The translations under genes were made by a program, and so were the position numbers. A model generated the notes under the pieces. That model made no database searches. It was not told where the DNA came from and worked only from the letters and a program-made list of their open reading frames with translations. This document shows, in pieces, positions 1 to 8,089 of a stretch of 64,000 nt of DNA (position 1 is the first letter of the stretch; every line of letters begins with the position of its first letter). Origin of the DNA: a bacterium (lineage in GTDB: Bacteria > Patescibacteriota > Patescibacteriia > UBA9934 > GWF2-40-263); assembly GCA_020057555.1 (NCBI GenBank), contig JAGVFR010000026.1, forward strand, positions 22,631-86,630, in the 5' to 3' direction.

Positions 1-54
1 CGAAAAATCGGCTTCAGCTTACCATGTATTCCGCCTTCGTGGAAGAGCAAAGCC

Positions 55-963
55 GTGATATACTTTGTTGGTATGGTGGATCAGAGTTTTTTGCATGAAG
101 AAGAAAAAGAATTCAAACGTTTTTACAGCCTTTCAGTTTTTTGGGTTGAGAATCAAGTCCTCTTACGAAAAATAGGCTTTGGAATTTTTATTGCGTTTGA
201 TGGCTTTTTGTTGTTGTTTGTTTTTTGGACAATGATCGATTCGTTTGCATTAAGTTACGATAACGAAAACAGGGAAGTGGCTCAAATGGTCGCATACGGT
301 CAACAAGATTTGCGTTCGTACACAATAGCAAATTCCGCAGACCCAATTCTTCAAGAAGATGTTCGAGTGTTTCCAATCGGGAATTCTCGTTATGATTTTT
401 ATTCCCAACTTTCAAATCCTAATCCTGATTGGTGGGTTGAGTTTAAATATCAATTTTTGTTTGACGCAGGAGAGACAACACCTGAAAATGGGTTTTTACT
501 TCCTGGTCAAGAAAAGCCCGTGATTTCTCTCGCCGTTACTTCACAAGTTCCAGTGCAAGTAGCCGAGTTGAAATTAGCAGATATTGTTTGGCATAGAATA
601 AATAAAAAAGTTATTTCTGATTACGCAACTTGGCAAGACGATCGCCTTCGAATAGAAGTTAGCAACGCCACTTTTTCAAAAGAATCTGGAACAACGTTTA
701 CTGTTTTTAATAACACTGCATTTAGCTATTTTGATCCAGTTTTTTACGTGTTACTAAAACGTGGGTCATCAGTTGTCGGTGTGAGTCGCGCAACAGTTGC
801 TTCACTTAAGGCTGGTGAAAATCAGGAGATCTCGCTTTATTGGTTTGGAACACTTCCGTCAGTTGGAGAAGTTGAAGTAATTCCAGACATCCAACTTTTT
901 AATCCAGACGTTTATCAACGAGTTGAAGGAGAGCCGAGTATCGACATCCGCACTCTATTCTAG
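55..963 (+). CDS. hypothetical membrane-anchored protein
   Basis: 302-codon ORF (GTG start). Hydrophobic helix GFGIFIAFDGFLLLFVFWTMI near the N-terminus. No family recognised. Confidence 0.5.
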   Translation: MIYFVGMVDQSFLHEEEKEFKRFYSLSVFWVENQVLLRKIGFGIFIAFDGFLLLFVFWTMIDSFALSYDNENREVAQMVAYGQQDLRSYTIANSADPILQEDVRVFPIGNSRYDFYSQLSNPNPDWWVEFKYQFLFDAGETTPENGFLLPGQEKPVISLAVTSQVPVQVAELKLADIVWHRINKKVISDYATWQDDRLRIEVSNATFSKESGTTFTVFNNTAFSYFDPVFYVLLKRGSSVVGVSRATVASLKAGENQEISLYWFGTLPSVGEVEVIPDIQLFNPDVYQRVEGEPSIDIRTLF

Positions 964-979
964 TTAAGATGGCCAAGTT

Positions 980-2098
980 ATGATGTCTCTTTTTCGGCTC
1001 GCAAACTTGCGCGTTACTAAATTACGAGGCGCTGATTGGTTTATTGTACTTGCGGCGTTTGTTCTTATTTTGTTTGGACTAGCGGCTATTTATTCAGTTG
1101 ATCTTTCGCGTGGAACAGAACTTTTTAACATTAAGAAACAACTTTTAGCCATTGTTATCGCTGGAATTTTTGCTTTTTTTCTCGCAACTTCAAACTATAA
1201 ACTTCTCCGCAATTACAGTTTGATTCTTTACATTTTTGGAATAATGATTCTTGTTGCGGTTTTGTTTTTTGGAACAACCGTTCGTGGAGCGCGAGGTTGG
1301 TTTGTTTTTGATCTTGTTAGTCTTCAACCTGTTGAATACATGAAGTTTGTTTTGATACTCGCTTTGGCTTCATATTTCAGCCAGAGAGCACGCCCACTGT
1401 TTGGAATACGAGAATGTCTAGAAAGCGCTTTGATTTCTTTTCTTCCAATTATTTTGACATTACTTCAACCAGACTTTGGTTCAGCTATTATTTTGGCAGG
1501 TATATGGTTTTGTTTCGCATTGTTTGCTGGAATGCGTTTTAGGTTTATTGTTTCGCTTGCAGGAATTTTTTCAGCTCTGTTTCTATTTTCTTGGGAGTTT
1601 CTTTTTGTCGCATATCAAAAAGCTCGCATTCTAACTTTTTTTGATCCAACATTTGATCCGCTTGGACAGGGATATAATGTGAGTCAGGCAATGATCGCGA
1701 TCGGAGCTGGTGGTTGGCTTGGCCGTGGGCTTGGATTTGGATCACAAAGTCAATTGAAATTTCTTCCTGAAAGTCAGACTGATTTTATTTTCGCAGTTAT
1801 TGCTGAAGAATTGGGTTTTCTTGGAGTGGTGTTGGTGTTAGGAGCGTTTGCTTTGCTTTTTTTGAGATTCGCTTTTATTGTTCGAGCATCAAGAGATAAT
1901 TTTTCCGCATTTTTAGTGATTGGAATTGCGTGTGCTTTTTTTCTTCAAATACTTGTGAACATTGGAATGAACCTCGGTCTTTTTCCAGTGACTGGAATTG
2001 GTTTACCACTTGTGAGCTATGGTGGAAGTTCAGTTGCGTTGTTTTTGGTTTTGCTTGGGGTCATTCAAAGTGTTGTTATTCATGAAAAGAGAAGCTGA
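980..2098 (+). CDS. SEDS-family peptidoglycan glycosyltransferase (FtsW/RodA)
   Basis: 372 aa polytopic membrane protein. Family-typical segments QPDFGSAIIL and LPESQTDFIFAVIAEELGFLG. TGA stop at 2096-2098. Confidence 0.85.
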   Translation: MMSLFRLANLRVTKLRGADWFIVLAAFVLILFGLAAIYSVDLSRGTELFNIKKQLLAIVIAGIFAFFLATSNYKLLRNYSLILYIFGIMILVAVLFFGTTVRGARGWFVFDLVSLQPVEYMKFVLILALASYFSQRARPLFGIRECLESALISFLPIILTLLQPDFGSAIILAGIWFCFALFAGMRFRFIVSLAGIFSALFLFSWEFLFVAYQKARILTFFDPTFDPLGQGYNVSQAMIAIGAGGWLGRGLGFGSQSQLKFLPESQTDFIFAVIAEELGFLGVVLVLGAFALLFLRFAFIVRASRDNFSAFLVIGIACAFFLQILVNIGMNLGLFPVTGIGLPLVSYGGSSVALFLVLLGVIQSVVIHEKRS

Positions 2099-2151
2099 AT
2101 AGGCTGAAGAAGCTGGAGAAGTTGAAGGGCGTGTGATAATGTAAAGCAACT

Positions 2152-2511
2152 ATGTCATCAACATCTTCTGAACAATGGAATGAAGGACTTCGTCTTGTTT
2201 CTTTTTGCCCGGTTTGTGAGACACGCTACAAGCCTTTGTCAGCAAAGACTCTTGATGAGGACAGTCAAACACGTTTGCTTCATGTTCAATGCGGTAAGTG
2301 CAGACATTCGGTTTTGGCTTTAGTTCTTGTAAATAAAGTTGGAGCAAGCTCGATTGGTCTTTTAACCGATCTTGTCTATGATGATGTGCTTAAATTCCGA
2401 GTAAATCAACATGTAACAGTGAATGATGTTATTGAAATATACACAGCACTCGAGACCGGAATAAGCGGGCTTGACCTTTTTTGCAAGGCAAGGCATAATG
2501 CGCGCGCATAA
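2152..2511 (+). CDS. hypothetical zinc-ribbon protein
   Basis: 119 aa with CPVC...CGKC cysteine pairs (zinc-ribbon-like). No family recognised. Confidence 0.45.
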   Translation: MSSTSSEQWNEGLRLVSFCPVCETRYKPLSAKTLDEDSQTRLLHVQCGKCRHSVLALVLVNKVGASSIGLLTDLVYDDVLKFRVNQHVTVNDVIEIYTALETGISGLDLFCKARHNARA

Positions 2512-2516
2512 CATTT

Positions 2517-3221
2517 ATGTCAGAACACATCTTACAAGCCCAACATAGAAACCTTGTTGGCAGAAAATCTCGGCAATTGCGCGCAACAGGAGAAATCCCA
2601 GCGGTCGTTTATGGTTCAGGAATTCAACCATCATCGATAACGATAAATCGCAATGCTTTTTTAAAGACTTATAAACAAGCTGGAGAAAGCTCGATAGTTG
2701 AGCTTTCTGTTGGTGAGAATAAACCTCTCCATGTTTTGATACAGGATACTCAAATCGATCCACTGCTCAATGAAGTTACACATGTTGATTTCCGTTCGAT
2801 TGATATGAATAAGGAAATTGAAGCGTCAGTTCAACTTGAAGTGACTGGGGAATCTCCTGCTGTTAAGGCTCTTGGTGGAACACTTGTGCTTTCACGTAAT
2901 TACGTAACTGTTCGTTGTTTACCTGCAAAACTTGTTCGAAGCCTTGCAGTTGATATTTCTCAACTTGCAACATTTGAAGATTCAATTCGTGTTAAGGATC
3001 TAGTTATTCCTGAAGGCATGACAATAACTGACCAACCAACACTTTCCATAGCAGCTGTTGAGGCTCCTCGTTCAGAGGAAGAAATGGCAGCACTTGATAA
3101 GGCAGTTGAAGTTGATATTAGCACCGTTGAGGTAGCCGGAAAGAAAGAGGAAGAAGAAGCTGCAGCAGTTGAGGAAGGTGCTGAAAAACCAGCTGATGAA
3201 AAAGCTCAAGCTAAAGTTTAA
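2517..3221 (+). CDS. rplY: 50S ribosomal protein L25/general stress protein Ctc
   Basis: 234 aa, two-domain Ctc-type L25 pattern (RKSRQLRATGEIPAVVYG...) with an acidic/Ala-rich C-terminal tail. Confidence 0.85.
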   Translation: MSEHILQAQHRNLVGRKSRQLRATGEIPAVVYGSGIQPSSITINRNAFLKTYKQAGESSIVELSVGENKPLHVLIQDTQIDPLLNEVTHVDFRSIDMNKEIEASVQLEVTGESPAVKALGGTLVLSRNYVTVRCLPAKLVRSLAVDISQLATFEDSIRVKDLVIPEGMTITDQPTLSIAAVEAPRSEEEMAALDKAVEVDISTVEVAGKKEEEEAAAVEEGAEKPADEKAQAKV

Positions 3222-4251
3222 TACAAGAACATATTACGCAATCGGGGCAATTGCCATCGCGATTGCGTTTTTGTTTGCGGCTTTGTTACCTGGGTTTTCA
3301 GGAAAAATTCGTCCTTTACTTACGTCTTCAGATGGCAGTTCTGACAAAGCGCCGGTTGGCCGTCATCCATTAACTGGTTTTCCTATTTATGAGCAAATGG
3401 AACTGCCACAGGTTTTTGGAGTCATGATAGATAATCATGTTGATGCTTGGCCACAAGCTGGAATTGATAGGGCATTTCTTGTGGTTGAGGCTCCTGTGGA
3501 AGCTGGAATTTCACGTTTTCTCGCGTTTTATTCAGATGATCAGGATGTGGATAAGATTGGTCCAGTTCGTTCAGCGCGTCCGTATTTTTTGGATTGGAAC
3601 AATGAACTGGATGGTTTATATGTTCATGTTGGAGGATCAGATTCAGTTCTTGATCAAATCTCCTCTGGCGGCACTTTTGATTTGAATCAGTATTGGTTTG
3701 ACTCCTATTTTTGGCGCGCGTTAAATCGTTATGCACCACATAACGTTTACACTTCTACAAAGTTGTTGAAGCGTTATGTTGGTTTTAAAGAACAAGCGGG
3801 AGTTGCGCTTAAACGATTGTATGATATCTGGAAATTTAAAGATGCTGATCTGTCTGGTGATGCAGAACTAAAAAATATTTCTGTTACGTTTGATGCGCCT
3901 TCTTATGTAACACAATGGATTTTTGATTTAGAAACACATCGGTATTTGCGTTCACAAAGCGGTTCTGTTCATTTGGTTGAAGACAAAACACAAATATCAT
4001 CTGACAACATTGTTGTAATTGTTACAGATGTTGAAATTTTGGATTCGGTTGGACGTCGGAGTATTCGAACAACAGGAGAAGGGAAGGTGTTCTTGTTTCG
4101 CGACGGAAAACAGTTTGAGGGGATTTGGAAAAAGGAATCGGAGAGTAACAGGCTTAAGTTTTACGATTCGAACGGTAATGAATTTGAATTGAATGCTGGA
4201 GTAACGTGGATTGAAGTGATTGCTGATGAATCGGATCTGGAAGTTGATTAA
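3169..4251 (+). CDS. DUF3048 domain-containing protein
   Basis: MIDNHVDAWPQAGIDRAFLVVEAPVEAGISRFLAFY block is typical of DUF3048, with an N-terminal TM helix. Start is uncertain: the ORF overlaps the rplY 3' end, and ATG 3196 is an alternative. Confidence 0.7.
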   Translation: MRKVLKNQLMKKLKLKFNTRTYYAIGAIAIAIAFLFAALLPGFSGKIRPLLTSSDGSSDKAPVGRHPLTGFPIYEQMELPQVFGVMIDNHVDAWPQAGIDRAFLVVEAPVEAGISRFLAFYSDDQDVDKIGPVRSARPYFLDWNNELDGLYVHVGGSDSVLDQISSGGTFDLNQYWFDSYFWRALNRYAPHNVYTSTKLLKRYVGFKEQAGVALKRLYDIWKFKDADLSGDAELKNISVTFDAPSYVTQWIFDLETHRYLRSQSGSVHLVEDKTQISSDNIVVIVTDVEILDSVGRRSIRTTGEGKVFLFRDGKQFEGIWKKESESNRLKFYDSNGNEFELNAGVTWIEVIADESDLEVD

Positions 4252-5159
4252 AGCTCACTGATTATTACCCGATCAAGACCTTGCAGGTCTTTTTTGATTT
4301 GGGTTTTTGCGCGTGGAAATTGGTGAGATATAAGTTCAACAGCACGAGTGGTTTGTGATGGGTCGATCTCTATGAGTGTGTAAATGTATCTAGGTAAAAT
4401 ATCCCGTTTTTTATTTATTTGCTTAAACAATCGCCAATACGCCTCAAGACCGTCAGGACCTGCTTGTAATGCGTCTTTTGGTTCGTAGCGAACATCTTTT
4501 TGAAGGGCATCCATCTGGTTGTTTGTGAGATATGGGAGATTGGCGCAAATTATTAGGTATTTGAACGGATAAATTGATGAAACTTGTTGTTTTGAAGACG
4601 CACGTATTGATTCGAATAAGTCAACGATTGGCATTAATAGGTCGCCTTCTCTGAAGTCAATAAGTTCTTCTACATTATGTTTGTGAGCGTTTGTTTTTGC
4701 TACTGAAAGTGCGCGAGGGTTTATATCTACAGCCACAACCGGAATTTTTGTTTCAGATGTAAGTGTGATCGCGATTGCTCCTGACCCAGTTCCTATATCA
4801 GTAAACAGTATGTGTTCTGGATCATTAATATTTGTTGATATATCTAATGCTTCTTGAACAAGCGTTTCAGTTGCTGGACGAGGAATAAGAACAAATGAGT
4901 TAACGAAGAAATTTCTATTGTAAAATTCTTTTTCTCCGATTATGTACGCAACAGGTTCAAATGAACAACGACGTTCGATGAGCGACAATAGTCGTTCCTG
5001 TTGATGTGGTTTTAGAATGTCATTTCCATGTGCAAACAGTCGAGCGCGTGATAAATCCAAAATATACGAAAGTATAACTTCCGCATCAAGCATTGACGAC
5101 TCAACGCCAGCTTTTTTGAGCTTGTTGTTTGCCCATTGAAGAGCTTCGAGGATGGACAT
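4248..5159 (-). CDS. prmC: peptide chain release factor N5-glutamine methyltransferase
   Basis: 303 aa HemK/PrmC architecture. SAM motif DIGTGSGAIAI. Substrate motif reads NLPY instead of canonical NPPY. Confidence 0.85.
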   Translation of the reverse strand: MSILEALQWANNKLKKAGVESSMLDAEVILSYILDLSRARLFAHGNDILKPHQQERLLSLIERRCSFEPVAYIIGEKEFYNRNFFVNSFVLIPRPATETLVQEALDISTNINDPEHILFTDIGTGSGAIAITLTSETKIPVVAVDINPRALSVAKTNAHKHNVEELIDFREGDLLMPIVDLFESIRASSKQQVSSIYPFKYLIICANLPYLTNNQMDALQKDVRYEPKDALQAGPDGLEAYWRLFKQINKKRDILPRYIYTLIEIDPSQTTRAVELISHQFPRAKTQIKKDLQGLDRVIISEL

Positions 5160-5267
5160 AGTAGGGAAGGTCGAAGAGGGCCAAGAAGACCAAAAGGTCC
5201 GAGAAGTTTCAAATGACCGAAAGGTCAGAAAGGTCGAGACAAGTATAGCAGAGTGAAAAATTTATCC

Positions 5268-5306
5268 ATAAAAAGAAAAGCGGCGCCGAACATAGTTCGA
5301 GCGCCG
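5268..5306 (-). terminator. intrinsic terminator of the candidate large ncRNA
   Basis: Minus strand: CGGCGCTCGAAC-TAT-GTTCGGCGCCG stem-loop (5306-5281) followed by CTTTTCTTTTT. Confidence 0.65.
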
Positions 5307-6348
5307 TAAGAAGAGAGAGGAGAGACCGAGTTCGGACTCTCAAGATGACGTGGTTTGCCCAGTGGTAGGGAGTGGGAACGACTCTTTGCGAAACGCTGTT
5401 CAGCATTCAGGATCTCCTTACGGAGCTCACTAAACACTTCACAATATCTCACTTTAAGTCAATTTCCACTCCCGAACCACTCCTTGTCGACATGCAACGC
5501 GCTTTCGTTTGTTGCTTCGTCTAGGGAACTGTTGCTTCCACAACTGGTTTTAAGGTGATGCCCCGAAGAGCTTCTCCAAAAAACTGGTTGTTTTAGCTTG
5601 AGTTTCAGGTTTTCACCTTGACTCCAGACCTTGTAACGGTTGTCGACTTGGCTCTGCAGAGCTATCAACGCCTTTGTCACTGCTCCCTGAAGCTTGCGCT
5701 TTTAGGTAGCGGTTTGGAAGGAGAAGAAAGTCTACAGATGGACTGATCAGTGGTGAGCTTAAGCTCGTGTTTTCACTCAGGTAGAGAGTTTATCCTTTTT
5801 ACAGGACTTATCTCTATTTATTCCTTCTCATTGGTTACCCTTTGAGAACACGATCATCGTTTCACTCAAACACAGAGGTAAACTGTGTCCAAGCTTGACA
5901 ACTTTCATGGACTGATATCCTCGAGGATTAATCGAGGACCACTGGTCTTTGCCGGTTTACACCGAGTCTCAAGTTTTTGAAGCCTGCTATGTGTTTTCGA
6001 TCAGCTATCACAGCTATTTGAACTCGAGTTACCCCAAGCTCACTTCGCTCTGGTGATAAACTAACCTTGCCAGCATTTTGGCTTCGCAACTTGTCCAGCT
6101 TTGTTTACTGATTCGTAGAGCACATTCTCTTGGGAGCCCTTTCGGGTTCTTCAGAAGACGTGTCTACGACACAGTTTCCGCTGGCATGATCCGGTTTTAG
6201 ACCGGCCGGCTTTTTTAAGCCGTTTGCTTGAAGGGTTTGACCAGTTTGCACCGGTACAGCCCTTTTCGCGACCCTCCCGAAGGAGAGTTCAGCCTTCCGA
6301 AGAAGGCCTTGTCTACCAGAGCAACTTACATTGCCTTGGCTGACGGTA
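5272..6348 (-). ncRNA. candidate large (~1.08 kb) structured non-coding RNA, class unknown
   Basis: Bounded by a sigma70-like promoter and an intrinsic terminator, with no credible ORF. Three C(UUCG)G hairpins (6292-6307, 6274-6285, 5560-5571). GAAA-capped hairpin 6134-6149. Further helices at 6191-6205 and 5918-5938. Confidence 0.55.
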
Positions 6349-6354
6349 ATGTTT

Positions 6355-6383
6355 AATTTACTCTTGAAAGAAACGTGTGTCAA
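6355..6383 (-). promoter_or_regulatory. sigma70-like promoter of the candidate ncRNA
   Basis: Minus strand TTGACA (6383-6378), 17-nt spacer, TAAATT (6360-6355). Confidence 0.5.
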
Positions 6384-6419
6384 GAGCTGTAAAATCGCTG
6401 GTTTTTGAAAAACTTGTCT

Positions 6420-6444
6420 ATTTATCCACAAAGTTGTGGATAAA
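6420..6444. promoter_or_regulatory. inverted pair of perfect DnaA-box nonamers (11-bp-arm palindrome)
   Basis: TTATCCACA at 6422-6430 and TGTGGATAA at 6435-6443. The whole TTTATCCACAA-AG-TTGTGGATAAA is palindromic. It lies about 40 bp upstream of the ncRNA -35 box. Confidence 0.45.
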
Positions 6445-6453
6445 TTTAAAAAA

Positions 6454-6524
6454 GAGCGGTTGTGCTATGTCTCCGTGCCAGCGGACTCCTCGCCGCTGTT
6501 CACTTCGACATAGCACAACCGCTC
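6454..6524 (-). repeat. conserved-core hairpin element, copy 1 (acts as prfA terminator)
   Basis: Outer stem GAGCGGTTGTGCTATGTC / GACATAGCACAACCGCTC. Core AACAGCGGCGAGGAGTCCGCTGGCACGGAGACAT on the minus strand. Followed on the minus strand by TTTTTT. Confidence 0.65.
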
Positions 6525-6537
6525 TAATTAACGATCT

Positions 6538-7605
6538 TTATTGATCTAATTGCTCCGCGATTTCAGCTTCTCTTAATGCGGAAAATAATTCATCGAGGCC
6601 GCCATTCATAAAAGTGGTGATATTGTGAAAGTTTTCATTTATACGATGGTCTGTGATTCGATCTTGCGGAAAATTGTATGTTCGAATCTTTTCTGATCTG
6701 TCTCCGGTTCCGATTTGTCCTTTTCGAGCATCACCACGTTCCTTGTGGGCTTTTTCTTGTTCAAAAGCAAACACACGCGCGCGAATAATCGAAAGAGCAC
6801 GTTCTTTGTTTTGTTTTTGTGAACGTTCTTCTTGGCAAGAAGCCATTATTCCAGTTGGAATGTGTGTGATGCGTATTGCCGAGTAGGTTGTGTTTACACT
6901 CTGTCCGCCATGGCCACCTGCTGTTGTTGCCTCGATGTTTAGATCTTCCGGTTTGATTTGCACATCAATTTCTTCAACTTCAGGCAAGATCGCGACTGTT
7001 ACAGTCGATGTATGCACACGACCTTGTTTTTCCGTTTCTGGCACGCGTTGAACTCTATGAACCCCGCTTTCGTATTTGAGTCGGCTATAAACATTATGGC
7101 CTTTGATTGTCAAAATAATTTCTTTGAATCCTCCGATTTCGTTTCTGTTGGATGAAATGAGTTCTGTTTTCCATGCATGTTGTTCTGCATAAAGCATGTA
7201 CATACGCATCAGTTCTGCGGCAAAAAGCGAGGCCTCGTCTCCTCCAGCGCCGGCTCGAATTTCAACGATTGTATTTTTTTTGTCCAGAGGATCAGATGGA
7301 ATAAGCGAATGCAAGAGTTCTTTTTCAAGTAACGGGAGCTTTGCTTCCAGAGTTTCAATTTCAGTTTGCGCAAGTTCATGCATTTGTTCGTCTGTTGATT
7401 CTTTGAGTGTTTCTTTTGCTCCGTTTAAATCTACCATGACTTTTTCATATCGTTTTGCAACGTCCATGACTTCTTTTAGATCTGAATATTCTTCACTTAC
7501 TTCACGCATTTTTTTTGGATTAGAAAGAACTTCGGGTGAAGATAACTTCAATTCGAGTTCTTGGAATCGGTTTTTTGTTGATTGTAGTTTATCGAGTAAA
7601 GACAT
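6538..7605 (-). CDS. prfA: peptide chain release factor 1
   Basis: 355 aa with GGQ motif (GGHGGQSVNT). Codon-recognition tripeptide region reads RVQRVPETEKQGRVHTS (P-x-T type, RF1-like). Confidence 0.9.
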   Translation of the reverse strand: MSLLDKLQSTKNRFQELELKLSSPEVLSNPKKMREVSEEYSDLKEVMDVAKRYEKVMVDLNGAKETLKESTDEQMHELAQTEIETLEAKLPLLEKELLHSLIPSDPLDKKNTIVEIRAGAGGDEASLFAAELMRMYMLYAEQHAWKTELISSNRNEIGGFKEIILTIKGHNVYSRLKYESGVHRVQRVPETEKQGRVHTSTVTVAILPEVEEIDVQIKPEDLNIEATTAGGHGGQSVNTTYSAIRITHIPTGIMASCQEERSQKQNKERALSIIRARVFAFEQEKAHKERGDARKGQIGTGDRSEKIRTYNFPQDRITDHRINENFHNITTFMNGGLDELFSALREAEIAEQLDQ

Positions 7606-7686
7606 AATTTTTTAAGACAGTGGGCGAGTTTTTTAATCATAACATAAAAGCGCCTTCCACAAAGTGAGAGACGCTTTTTGTTTTTG

Positions 7687-7968
7687 TTAAGCTTCTTTTG
7701 CGCGTTTTGCTGTTTTTTGAGTTGCTCGTTTTTCACGCTTCACTTTCTTTCCAGTAGTTTTTGTTGTTTTTAGCGCTGAACGTGCTTTGTATTTCTCAAC
7801 ACGTCGAGCTGTGTCAATAATCTTTTGTTCTCCAGTGTAGAATGGATGGCAAGCCGCGCACAACTCAACGTCGATCTTTTGCTCTGTTGAGCCGACCTCG
7901 TAAGTGGTTCCGCATGCGCAAGTTATCTTCGCATCATCGTAAAATTCTGGGTGGATGGCTTTTTTCAT
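7687..7968 (-). CDS. rpmE: 50S ribosomal protein L31
   Basis: MKKAIHPEFYDDAKITCACG...CAACHPFYTG pattern. Start refined to ATG 7968. Lys-rich C-terminal extension. Confidence 0.85.
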   Translation of the reverse strand: MKKAIHPEFYDDAKITCACGTTYEVGSTEQKIDVELCAACHPFYTGEQKIIDTARRVEKYKARSALKTTKTTGKKVKREKRATQKTAKRAKEA

Positions 7969-8089
7969 AGGTTTTTGACACGCTTTCATACGTGCCATGC
8001 GTGCGAAGATTAACAAGCTGGGTTAACATTGTCAAGAGTTTGAGAAAATAGTAGAAAAGTAGCAAAGTAGTAGAGTAGTAAAGGGAATT

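Noticed and set aside
5272-6348. Assignment of the large RNA to a known class (RNase P RNA, tmRNA, SRP RNA, 6S RNA, group I/II intron, rRNA fragment).
   Set aside because: It is too long for RNase P, tmRNA, SRP or 6S. I found no GAGGAAAGUCC / ACAGAAxCCGGCUUA (RNase P). There is no tRNA-like end with CCA or tag-peptide ORF (tmRNA) and no GGAAGCAG helix-8 motif (SRP). There is no GUGYG 5' end or domain-V-like 34-mer (group II). This is by-eye inspection only and needs cmscan.
6105-6431. 108-codon ORF on the minus strand inside the candidate ncRNA locus.
   Set aside because: It begins upstream of, and reads through, the -35/-10 promoter elements and has no SD. Its translation is unremarkable, and it covers only the first quarter of the transcription unit.
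6420-6444. Chromosomal replication origin (oriC) at the DnaA-box palindrome.
   Set aside because: There are only two adjacent boxes (three perfect boxes in 64 kb). No AT-rich unwinding repeats and no dnaA/dnaN neighbourhood are present. The boxes sit in a promoter-proximal operator-like position.
7196-7615. Antisense ORFs inside conserved genes (7196..7615 in prfA, 18359..19057 in nth, 42039..42419 in rplL, 17414..17797 in gpmI, 54394..54921 in the TrmB-like gene).
   Set aside because: Each lies fully within a strongly supported conserved gene on the other strand and has low-complexity or Ser/Phe-rich translation.
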